Part shown: in pieces, positions 52,202-64,000 of the stretch | How positions within the stretch are numbered: position 1 is the first letter of the stretch | How the letters are laid out: every line of letters starts with the position of its first letter | Source of the DNA: Lytechinus pictus | Taxonomy: Eukaryota | Assembly (NCBI RefSeq): GCF_037042905.1 | Contig: NC_087251.1 | Location: 4,962,001 to 5,026,000 of the forward strand | DNA: 64,000 bases | Direction: 5' to 3' | Made by a program: the position numbers and the translations under genes | Notes under the pieces: generated by a model | Databases searched by the model: none | What the model was told of the DNA's origin: nothing | What the model saw: the letters and a program-made list of their open reading frames with translations, nothing else

Positions 52202-55200
52202 TCTTTCAATGGTTTTCGCTTTACACTATTTTCACGTGTTTGTTTTTCTGTGTTGGTTGACTTTTGTTATCTATATTTTAAGATTATTAATAAAGGTATT
52301 TAGATTGGTTGCATGTTTTTCTTGTTATTATATACAAACCACCCCGTATCAGTGAAACTATTAGATAAAAATAAAAAAAGTTAATGAAACATCAATGAAA
52401 TATTGTTTTAATTCAAATTTGATTTTTTTTTATTTTAGGCAACATTATTGATCACATGTCAATTTTCAATCAATGAACAGAAATTATATGATACCAAATT
52501 CTTTGTTAGCGGTAATCCACCATTATTTTGGGCATACATAACGTGAAAAGAATTTATTTCAAACTTGTTGAATGCATATTATAATAAACGAATGGATTTA
52601 CAAAACCTTTCAGAAACATTTCTTTAATTAATTGTAATTATTTGTATTATGTTGAAGAATGAAAAATAAATTGAATTGAATTGAATTGAATTTCTAGGAC
52701 CACGCCTTAAGGCGTCGCGACTCTTAGAACAAATATTATCTTCTTCTTTTATTTTGGTTTCAATGACAATTATATGTTACTACCAAATAATAAGTTAGTA
52801 AATTGAATTGCAGGCACTGATGTCAGTATTTAAACTTTACAGTGTAAGGTACAGCGAGTCAGAATACATAGACGTCATGATCATTATATATTTATTGCAG
52901 TGTGATTTACACAACTCGATACCATCTATTGCGTATTCTATTATCATTCCATTTCATTATTTTGCATTATGACGTAAGAACAGTCGTTATATCCGTTCTA
53001 TAGCTGACGTGATAGTTTTGAAAGGGGTGTATTCAACAAAATAGAGTATTGAATAGATGACAACAAAACAAAAACGAAAATAAACGAGGGAGGGGACCCC
53101 AAAGCCCCCATTTTATCCATCAATATTTCATTGTACTCATGAAGTAGTAACAGAGGTTAAGCCGTGTTGATATTGCGGTGATACAAGTCAAAGTCGTGTT
53201 TTTTTTCAAAGACTCACGTATAAAAACCATCCATCAATTTACGTCTCATATTCCATGACTAACAATAGGAATTCAGTTCTTGCGAAGGAAAGCTCAGAAA
53301 TGGATCACAATTCTTACAACATGTGGCATGTGATATCATGCCTACGAAAATGTATTTTTCTCTTGGAAACTAAAAGCTTTTTGTATTTTTCATGTTGCGT
53401 CTTCTATTCCAGCTTCCGATCTCATCTGTTTAGTAGCTGCGCACCTGCCCTGATGAGAGAAGACTGGTTTTCATGCGATAGATTGATTTCAGTTTCGACC
53501 CGATGACTGTATTTAAGACCTCCAAGACTCTTAGAATTCTAATAATTCCATAATGACGATTCATTTTAATATGACTTCGCAGTTGTGATAGCCGTTCTTC
53601 AAGGTCATTAATCAGATAGCAATAACTCATTTATTATCATTGGAATGATTTGATACAGGCCTATATCAAGGAGTTAACTCCTCGCCTATATTGCTCATTC
53701 TAGTTTTGCCTATATGTATTATGATGAGGGAAGTATCAAATCACCACACACCTTCGGGGATACCGCATAGATAAGAGTGTTTCGCAAGGATTCTTCATAA
53801 TATAATGTTATTTCTGAAGTTATGAATACAACTAACAATAAAGATGATGAGTGATCAACCTCACAACATTTTGTTTTCAGATTTACAATGTTTTGATGCA
53901 CTGACGAAATAAGGCAAAACTTATAATTCTCGAAATATACTATGCAGTATTTTAGAGAGGTAAAAGTTAGCAAGCGAGCGCAGTGAGCAAGCTACAAATA
54001 TATAATTTCATATGAATAATGAATTTGATAAAAGATTTGATGATATAATCTGTTCAAATCGGCCAGAAAAAAAGATTTTTCAAAAATTATAATACAATGA
54101 TTTAACCTTTAAGATGCTCCTGTGAAAATGGGGGGGGGGGGGGCAGCGGTGGAGTAGCTCATACGGGTTAGATAATGATCATGCCCTTTACTTACGTAGG
54201 GATATATATTGAACAAATCTTCCAGCAAAGATTATGAATACATTTCTTTTAAAATTGAATGGAAAAATCATCTCTGTCATTATTTAAAAAGATATTGTCC
54301 ATGCCAGATATTCACATTGTAGCCTCAGTTCGCACTTTGCAACACGCCTGGTTTTGATATAGGTTAACATTACTGAATCAATTTTGTTTCTAGAATATAG
54401 AATGACTGAACCAAGAAAATAGTCTGGTCACTTAACGGCAATGTTCTGTTTTCTGAGATAAAAGACAACATATGTCATGCTACTAGTATAAAGCAGTCGT
54501 AAAAGTACCACCTCACCGCGAGATTATACGCCCATTGTGTCGGCGTAGTCTTTAGCCTGCCGCCCGCTACTCACAGAACAGTGTAGATCTGGCGCGTTTT
54601 ACTGCATAACACGGGGTCGTTAAAATCAAAATAAGGCGGTGAGAAATAAAGGGTAGATCTAAAATATTAAGTAGAATTTCTCATTAAAAGCCACAATGCT
54701 ATTATTAAATGAAGTTGAATGAACTCTGTATGTTTTATTCTTTGTAATATTAAGTGGGCTAATACTCAGTAACATATACCGTTAGAGTACTCTGAAGTTT
54801 TGCGAAGCGTATGAACAGCACAATAGAACAAAACATACTTCCAGCGAGTATTGTCAAGAATTATAACGATTTAATGTCGACTTTAGACATGAATGAATCA
54901 TAATCTAGTGTTCATCCCTAACTTTGTTCAACAAAAAATCTTCATCAAGATTCAATATTCAAGACTTTTGTTTCATTTTATCGACGATTCGTTGAACAAA
55001 TTTTTTGTTTGTTTTCGGGGGAAGGTATATAAGTTGGTTTTGCATTGTATTTTTGTTCCATCTATAAATTATATTTAATGAAAATATACATCTTTTTAGT
55101 TTAAAAATCTATCATCTATCTTCTATTAAAAAACACAGATATTCATGACAGCTACAATATGATTGGTTTCCATAGCAATCGTGATTGGACATGTATATTT

Positions 55201-55270
55201 ATAAACCTTAATGTTAAAAATTGCGAAGGCGTAAACGATGAAATGACAAACAACTGTAAATGCCTTGAAG

Positions 55271-55544
55271 CAGGGGCGGATCCAGGATTTTCCAAAGGGG
55301 GGGGGGGGCAAATTTTTCCCATGAAATGAAAATTTGGCAAGCAAAAGAAATAAAGACTTTTTTTAAACCTAATATCGGAGGTCATTTCATCCGCGGAAAA
55401 AAGTTCGTCACTTTCAAGGGGGGCACACTTGGGTAAAAGCGGTATATTTAAATTACAAATTTTGATTACAGCTCTCAAAGCACTGGCGGATCCAGGGGGA
55501 GGGGCACAGCCGTCTCGTGCCCCCTCCCCCTGGATCCGCCAGTG
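55271..55544. mobile_element. hAT-like MITE with 8-bp TSD and rearranged 3' end
   Basis: TIRs caggggcggatccagg / cctggatccgccagtg. Flanks ccttgaag (55263-55270) and ctttgaag (55545-55552) match at 7 of 8. Confidence 0.8.
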
Positions 55545-56295
55545 CTTTGAAGTGACGGTATGTTTCAAGATACCAATTTTTTCTCATATTCATCTTTATA
55601 ACTTCGTAGTCACACCAACGAAACCGACTCCAAACCGACCGTTGGTATGTCATTATAAATAACGTAATAGCTTTGATTGAATTGAATTGAATGGAATTAT
55701 TTCCGTTAAAAAAATCATATAAAATAACAGTTGAGAGATTGACAAATAAAAACGGGAGGATGACCCTACTCACTCAGCAGCATCAATCATTGTGCTGCTG
55801 GTCTACTGAGAGGTCCTCGGTCTGGAGACGGTTTCGATGATGGGACATGAATCATCATTCAATAATTTATGAATTATGAATTTGTATTTCAGTTATAAAA
55901 AATCGTTCTTGTGTATGTCAGTTTATGTGCATTTGCTCTCGTAATCAATAACCCCACCCCCCAAAATATCTACACTTCAATATATTATAAACTAGTCTTG
56001 TTCAGTTGTCATCATACCATTTTGATTTCACAAAAAATGGTGTATTACTAATACTAAACCATCTTTATGAACTAATACAGTCCTCAAAGTAGCACAACAA
56101 TAGCCTTAAACTTTTAATGAAGCGAAGCTATAAGCTTAGCGTTTTTAATTCTCCTGTTTTTTGTTATTAATACAAGTTATGCCTATCAAAGTCTGATTTT
56201 GCATGAAACATTTATGAAAAACAATGACAATGAAAAATGAAAACATTACTAGGTAAAAAGCCGAATTTTTCTTCAAATTAGAACAATCATATTAA

Positions 56296-56331
56296 TATTC
56301 ACCAAGTGGCGTATACGCCACTTGGTGAATA
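56296..56331. repeat. 36-bp perfect palindrome
   Basis: tattcaccaagtggcgta|tacgccacttggtgaata, with no spacer. Confidence 0.95.
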
Positions 56332-57189
56332 CAATGGATAATAATTACAGTCACACGATTCTGCCCTTTTGACATCCTATTCCGTCACACACGGATATCA
56401 AATTCATAAAGGCAAGTTTTATTGGGGCAGTAAAGAATTATATTCCCCCATTTTCTTTCTTTTCTGTTGCTTTAAAGTGGTGAGGTTACAGGATAGTTTT
56501 TGTGCAAGGCCTGGAGCTATTTGCCGTTTTACACGTGTTTCGAGTACTTACGTAGGTAACGGGAATGATGCACGATTCGTATGGCTAGCTGTGGCTATAG
56601 GAAGGGAATAGACCGCGGTGCAATCGCATTTTGTCGTTTCAAAACCTTGAATGGTTTATTTCGATCAGAGATATTTAATTACATGTTCCCACCTGGTCTA
56701 CTTTCTAATTCCAGAAATTCAGGTTAGCTTATTTCTGGTCTTTATTTGAGAAAAAGTACATTGCTACACTCTTCAAATAAAATCACCCATTCATTGATTT
56801 GCAATTTGCCTAATTAAATACTGTTATATATTCACGCAGTAATTGAAAGTTTCTTATAACCAGGTGACTATTATCGAACAAATCACATTGGATGTTACTC
56901 TTGTTTGGCACTGAAATTAATATAGGTTTTAGAAAAATCCTAAAATTTGAAAAACATTTTTATTCATTGAAAAAAGGAGCATTCTCATTTCTGAAATGTT
57001 ATTGCGCAAATAAGTTTGTTTTTAATGTTTATAACTGTTGTTTTATTGATTGAACTTTACAAACCGCAAACACCTGAGACCTAAACCTCTTCTTATCAGA
57101 CCATCTATTAATGTTCTGTATCCTTATCTTCTACAGTGTTGTAATATTTTCTTTAAAGTGTTGTATTTTAATCATGACACATAATGCTT

Positions 57190-57335
57190 AGCCTGAGTGT
57201 TTCAACGACTCAAGGTTCAAGCTTATGTTTTAGTCTTTGAGCTACATCTGATGATTTGTAATATTAGCTGTGTTTTATAACAGCGTGAACAAACATGAAT
57301 AAATGAATGCATGAATGAATTAATTAATTATGAAT
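57190..57335 (+). mobile_element. Decayed LINE 3' end with (GAAT)n-like tail
   Basis: Hairpin ctcaagg...caagctt...ctttgag followed by a degenerate (gaat)n tail; same layout as 42095-42236. Confidence 0.35.
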
Positions 57336-60300
57336 TTTGAAAAGTAATTAGAGGTGTAGGCCTATAAACTAAGTTTGTGTGTTCTGTTTGCAGTGTTCCA
57401 GTTATCTAAAATCAAGAACAGATGGGACATTGACACATAATATTTTGTTGACGAAATATGATTCTGGTAAATAATTATTACGAAAGCAACAGTAATCAGT
57501 GTAATTTGAATTGAGATTAAGACCAGGGTATATGTCACGTCATACAAGCAATGAAATATATCATCATGACTTGTTCGTGTGATGAATCAATGATCTTACC
57601 TTTGACCTCATCCTGTCTTCTTTCATTCTTGGCGCGCTTTTTATCATGGCCCGGTATCGCGATAACCTTTGGTCGTCTGTCTCCCCCTTACGGTGATCCG
57701 TCATAAACACCACGCTGTCATCACAGTTATTACCCCTCAAAGCACAGAGTTGCACCCTCATCGCACCCCAAGGATGGCGCCACGCCACGCCCAGGGTACA
57801 GTAGTGCTACCCTTTGCACTACGATATCGTCTTAAAGTTCATGTAATCTTCACTGTGTCGATATGATATCATGTCCAATATTTTCAAACAATTTTCCGTT
57901 ATGAAGTATAGAAAAATGTTTAAGTTAGGAGTGATGGAGTCCGCTCTATTCGCCGTTCATCGCGTAAACTATATAATCTAGAGATGGGTGATGTACTTTG
58001 AGACTGGCTTGCCAAGGACTTACAAACATTGAGCCGGGTCTGATATTTAACATAGTCACCGGCAGAATAAATGACACACTCTGTTATATATTACATTTTT
58101 ATTTGAAGTTCAGGGTTCCCATATTGACTTTACTAAGCAATTGCCTGCCCGGAGAAGTGTTGTGTCTGCAAGCAATTAAGTAAATTTATGTTTGAGATCT
58201 GTTTATTGATCGTTTGAAAATAAAAGAAGTCCCTAAGTTTTAGGACACATCATCTGCAACTGATTTATATCGCAGTGTGTGAGTGTAGTTCATATTAACA
58301 TCGGTCAAAATACAGCTTTGGTGGGTTAAGTGTATTGACATATCGTCTTCAGCTTGCCTACATCATCATGGCGAGGGAGGAGAAGAGAGAGTGCTTAAGA
58401 GAAAGATAGAGAAACTAGAGGATGAAGACAAGACAGACGGCTAACTGACGCGGTTGCTATGAAATCATCCTCTAGTTTAAACAGAATTTTCACTCTATTT
58501 TTTTTACTCCTTCTCGTCACCCATTTAAATACCCCATCGTCAGACGGTCTGTATATGATCGTGACCATGCTTCTAGTCAGAGGATGGTCTCCTCACAAAC
58601 CTCGATTAGCCCCTCCAACAAATCCGATTTCACATCAGAATTCAGGAATTCCTAGACGTTCAAAACATTCTAGCTCAAATCTTTCCTCCTCCATCATCCT
58701 CACCATCATAACCCTTTCTCCTCCTTCCATGCCTTGGAATGTCATGATAATACACCAAGCCTGTTTGTAAACACGACCCAATGTATTAACAACGGCCTAT
58801 GGTACACAAAATCAGTTTCTTCCAGTCCAAACCTATTTGCAAAACATCTAAAATGTTTGGATTTTCAGAATGCAAATTGGGGAAAACAGACCGAAGTTCG
58901 AACAAAGCTAATATGTTTTGTTCTATTTACCCAACAGTTAGCGAAGTTGTTTCATTAAATACAGTCAGATTATTTTCCTATTATTTACAAGAGTTAAACG
59001 AATAATTGTTTTTATTTGTCAAATACTAGAAGACCTGCAATTGGGATTGTAAGAGATAAACTGTTAGAGCAGTAGAAAGAGTCAATATTATGCCTGTGTC
59101 TGACCTAGTCATTTCTAACCCGGTTTATACACAGTCAGTTGCAATATAATTGAATCACATCTTGTTACAAAATATATGATTATAATCCTGTAGCACCCCG
59201 TGCATTTTCTTTCTTTTTTTGTTTAGTTATGTGAATATTCTGTTTCTTAGCGTAAATAATGGAAATATCTTTTTTTTTATAAACTAACATCGTCAGAGAA
59301 GTCTGAGAATAATATATCTTGAACACCAACATATACATTGATTTTGAATAGATCACAATTACTTGCTTTAGTCATGATTTTCTTTTTCTTAATGTCTTTA
59401 TAGAACATTCAGCCATCGTCATACAATTCATTAACAAAATTACAACGAATCCTCTTACATTTGTCAAAATCTAGGTTTCCTGACAATAAAATGAGCCCAC
59501 AAAATTTTAATATACTTACGAAATCATGGCATCTTGATCTGTCCATATCATCATTAACATTTCTATTTCATTGGAAATAGGATGAGATTGGATCATATAA
59601 GATATTTCTGTGGTATAAAAGCCAATTATTTGACAGAGAGATAAAATAATGGTAATGATGCAACGTTGTCATGGTTCGCCTACTGTAAACAAACTAGTTT
59701 AATTGTCTTGAGACCAGGATCACCCATGAAGGTCGAGAATTCATTTTCAAATTTCATTTTACCTCACAGTCAAAAACCCCCTTCTTAACTTTCTGAATGA
59801 CTAATGGAATGTTATTGTTAATATTTTCGTCTTCAATTTTCTTCCTACCATTGTTTTCAGCTCTCATCCCTCCATTCCTTTCATACATCCCCCTCTCAGT
59901 TTAGCTGGTGTCCTATTGTTATGGGTGCTCTTACGTCTTACACCGTGTGTGTTCTTATTTTCATGTTTTTCATCGAGAGTTCTCGCTTATCTAAGGACTT
60001 CTAGTGCACCCGGCTTTCCCCTGCTTGGCTCCTTACCCCCGCCTCACCCACTCACCCCGCTTCAGGCCCTCCACATTACCATAACATAAAGAGGGGAACA
60101 AAAGCTACCCCCTTCTCGCACCTCGTGCTCTTAATACCGGCACGCCATCAACATCTTAAGAGTTTCCACTTTACACCTTATATTCAAAAGAGACAAAAAT
60201 CTTCCCTGCGGTGTGGAAACAACTTTTCTGGCATCAGGGAGGAAGTTTTCTTCCCTCGTGCTTCTTTACTCACCATGGATTCACTGCGTTTACACCTAAA

Positions 60301-62787
60301 ACCAGACCTTCCATTCTGCATCTAACGGAGGGCATCATCAATCCTTTTGCTCAAACTGTTCGTCTTCGGTCAGACCAAGATTTCATTTCAAGTCAAGGAA
60401 TCCTGGGGGTTAGCTTGATAGAGTCACAACACTCTCCAATCATTACTATGTTCAAGCAGGCACGCGTAGCTAAGAAACTAAATAGTTATTGAGGCACGAA
60501 AATGATTAAATCGAATATTAGTGGGGTAGGGTTTGAATGTCTTCTGTTGGAAGCTATTGGATTTCCTTCACTTTCGTGTTTAATGGCTGCTCCATCAAAA
60601 TCAAGAAACTCACCAGCTTTAAATCAAAGGTCTTGACTTTTATTAAATGATATTGCAAACCATGATGGATCTTTATTGAAACAAACTTTTCGATTTCAGA
60701 TTGTTTCATTATAATATGACCCATTCAGTGTGGTTTTAGAGGTCAGAATGGATTCTTCAACGTGTATAACGTTATATCACACTATGATAACTTTGAATTT
60801 GGTCTCTATCTATAAATGTAGTCATATTAATGAATCTGGCGAAATGTGTTTCTTAAGTATTTTTTTTTTCTTTAGAATTTTCTATCAAAATGTATTTCCA
60901 ATTTAAAACGTAGATTCATTGTCCTATTTGATTATGGAAATATCCTGAAGTCAATGTTGCATTCAACCTCAACATTAATCGGAGATAGAAAAAAGGATAA
61001 TTTATGTACCATCTTTCTAACCAAATAGAAGAATCTTATATAGCTTTGGAAAGTTACTGACGTGTAATTGGACATTGTGTTGGCGACAATGTGCCATGCA
61101 GCAATTACTTAGTTTGTGAATGGGCAATGGGTAAAGCTTTCCGTAAGATTGTATATATTATTACGTTCAGTTTCGGCCATGATAGCATGGAATTCATGCT
61201 AGACTTAATGAAATTTTGGTCCTTAAGGTTAAGAGTAAAATTTGTTTTATTATCCATGTTATCCCTGGTTTAAATTTCAAGAACAACTTATTTTGCAATT
61301 TGTACATTAACAGACCCCCACCCCTTCACATAATACATGTAATATGTATACCCTTCGTCACCTTTCCATTTCAACGTCATTTGTGTTCATTCTCTATGGG
61401 TGAACTACCGTAACAAAGACATTTTTAATTCTGTCTCCAGTTTTCTTCGCCGTTGTCCATAAATTCATTGGCAGGAGGTACTGGATATGCACCACGTATG
61501 TTACCATTACCTCGCTTATATTGCATACGCCAAGACGATGGATGAGAAAGGGCGTGCGTTTAAATTCGCACTTAAAACTAAAAAATGAAAACGAGGGAGA
61601 GGGAATTTGTCTGGGGAGAGCAGCTACAATAGTCTTGTCTTACTGGGCAATGAAATATTTATGCTAACAGGGGCGATAGGTTCCTCGTCCCGCGAGACGT
61701 CCTAAGGATGCCCAAAGCGGCATCCAAATTCGCCACCCCGCGCGCGTACATCGTGCGCCTGACTGAGCGAGCGATTGCACTGGGTATACGCTGCGCATCT
61801 TGATAAACGTTCGATAGAAGTTGAATATTGAATTATTATGAACATCACATAGCCGATCTACACACATGAAGGCGAATCATAAAAATATAATAACAATGCA
61901 GCATCATGAGATTATTTTCATGATTTGGTCTTATACATGATATTTCCACTATGGTGCATGATTTTTACTGAACAGCCATGCCCGGCATGTCCGGTATGAA
62001 AAGGCTGCACCCTTCAGTTGGGTGCAATTGTGCACCCTAAGTGAAAAAAGGGGGGAAATTCACCTGTTTGTACATGTTTGCTTTGAAAATACCCGTTTTC
62101 CTCATTAAAAAAGTTGAAAAATTGTCTTAAAGGTACCACTTTGTACAATGCGTACCCTTAATTGATGATGAAAATGTAGCAATCTGCATGCACCCAAACG
62201 GCTGCAAAAGTTCGTATGTTCCAAATTTCCGACTTTTGCCCTTGGTTTGTAATAGAGACAACTTGGTCATGTTAGACACATGTCTACCCTTCAATCGACA
62301 GTGTCAAATCTGCTATTAAGTTGGTTTATTCGATTTCAATGGTTTGATAGGTTTATAAGACACTGTTTACCTGTAAATGGTATACGCAGAAATTGCTTAG
62401 ATCTTTTTGATTTTAGCAAATAATAAAATCAGTTAAAGGTTATACTGATCACATTTTTTGACACTTATTGATCAATAATTTATTGATGTGTCATCATAAG
62501 ACAAAACATTAATTAAAAGACACATTTTTACTTTACCCACATGACCTAGGGAAGGGTTGTTTTGCAACCATTGGATAATATAAGTATGGAATGACGCCCA
62601 ATCAGTCACATAATGAGGAACTATATGTAAATTACATTGAAAATACAGATAAAGATGCAGTACCCCCCCCCCGACACACCCACACTAACACCTACCTACC
62701 TATAGTATGGGGAATGTGTATTGCAGTAATTGAGTCACTCTTTGACTTACGCCATGAACATGATGAAGTTCTTTCCGTATTACCTAC

Positions 62788-63192
62788 GGTAAATTGCCAA
62801 TTCGTCTACTGCCAACTCGTCCACTCACCACATGGTCTACTTTAATTTAGTCTAATGCCATTCCGTCCATCAGCATTTCGTCCATTTGGTCCATTATTTT
62901 GATTCAATCATCACTTTGTCTAATACCCATTTTGTCTATTACCATTTCGTCTCATAACCAGGTGGTCATATATATTTCTTTTTCAGTCATTTTGCACAAT
63001 TTAACACTTAGTCCACTTTGAACAAATGGTATATGGACTAAATGGCTCTTGGTCCAACTAGTTATTAGACAGAATGGCATTAGATTAATGAAAGTAGACC
63101 GTGTGGTGAGTGGGCGAACTTATGGTGGACCAAATGATAGTAGACGAGTTGGCAATTGGAGGAATTGACATTAGACGAATTGGAAATAAACC
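62788..63192. mobile_element. GGT...ACC-terminated MITE with 15-bp subterminal repeats
   Basis: Ends ggtaaattgccaattcgtcta and tagacgaattggaaataaacc. Long inverted arms ccactcaccacatggtctacttt...tctaatgccattc versus gaatggcattaga...aaagtagaccgtgtggtgagtgg. TSD not resolved. Confidence 0.8.
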
Positions 63193-64000
63193 TTATCTAC
63201 ATGATCTACGCCCTCTGTCTCATGTCACCCCAAAGCTACACTGAGCCTCCCCCGGCCTTCCCCTCTCTCCCTCTCTTTCTCTCTCATCTACATCTTTCTT
63301 AATATAAAAATGGTCTTTATGACATCGTTGTGACACTCGGCTGTGACACTGTATAAATTTATTTCATAGACCTATTACAAATAGGTCCATGTTCAATCAT
63401 TTTGATTTGGGTTTTAAAAAGCATCAGATAAAGAAAAAGCGAAGCAGCTCACATTATATTCGTTATAACACGTTGGGTCCGACCTATCCTTCATAAACCA
63501 TTGTGATCTTTACCTTCTTTCAATATGACCAATGCAAATCTGCATGTCCTTACTGAATATATTTACCAAACACGAATCCTAAAATGGGACAATATTAGTT
63601 CATAGGGTCCTTCAGTATGAATTCAGCTATAATGCTGAACCTCGTGACAAAACTGTATTTGCAGTGGCTTTCCCCGGGCTATAGAATTCGGGTAAACGAA
63701 GGGTTTGTTTTATACAGCAAAATAAATACATACTTCTTGACGGTTGCTTGTACGTTTCCAGCTTGGGTCAAATGTGAATGGATATAGTAGAGGGATGGGG
63801 GAAGGGGTTGACTACATTTTGCAAGCTTCCTCGAATATGCGTAAAGCATTTGTCGTAGATATACTGTTAACATGGTTATTTTTTTAATGACAACAAATAT
63901 TTCCACCCTTTCAAGGAATTCCATCATTCATTCTATAAGAATTACAAATGAATTGAATTTAAAATGAAATGTATTTATAATAAAAACAATTATAAAAATG

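Noticed and set aside
52702..52715. 14-bp palindrome acgccttaaggcgt
   Set aside because: Palindromes of this length are expected by chance in 64 kb, and nothing nearby supports a function.

Overview
This is AT-rich eukaryotic non-coding DNA, either a gene desert or a very large intron. The repeat make-up (TTAA-AGG MITEs, CAC-ended MITEs, a HINE/Tsp-like modular element, long GA/CT tracts) suggests a marine invertebrate, most likely a sea urchin; that assignment is inference only. I cannot support any protein-coding gene: the supplied ORFs are short and mostly translate low-complexity or repeat DNA. The window is a mosaic of non-autonomous transposons (several nested), decayed SINE/LINE 3' ends, microsatellites, and short GC-richer unique islands that may be cis-regulatory. 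The best candidate for something unusual is a 143-bp element embedded in (TA)n at 2650-2792 that carries a complete minimal type I hammerhead ribozyme motif (2712-2749). Also notable are a 71-bp near-perfect inverted duplication (48075-48819), a hAT-like MITE whose end appears converted into a near-perfect hairpin (55271-55552), a 36-bp perfect palindrome (56296-56331) and a 163-bp satellite array carried inside a Helentron-type element (23915-24887). Superfamily names come from terminal motifs read by eye, not from database searches.
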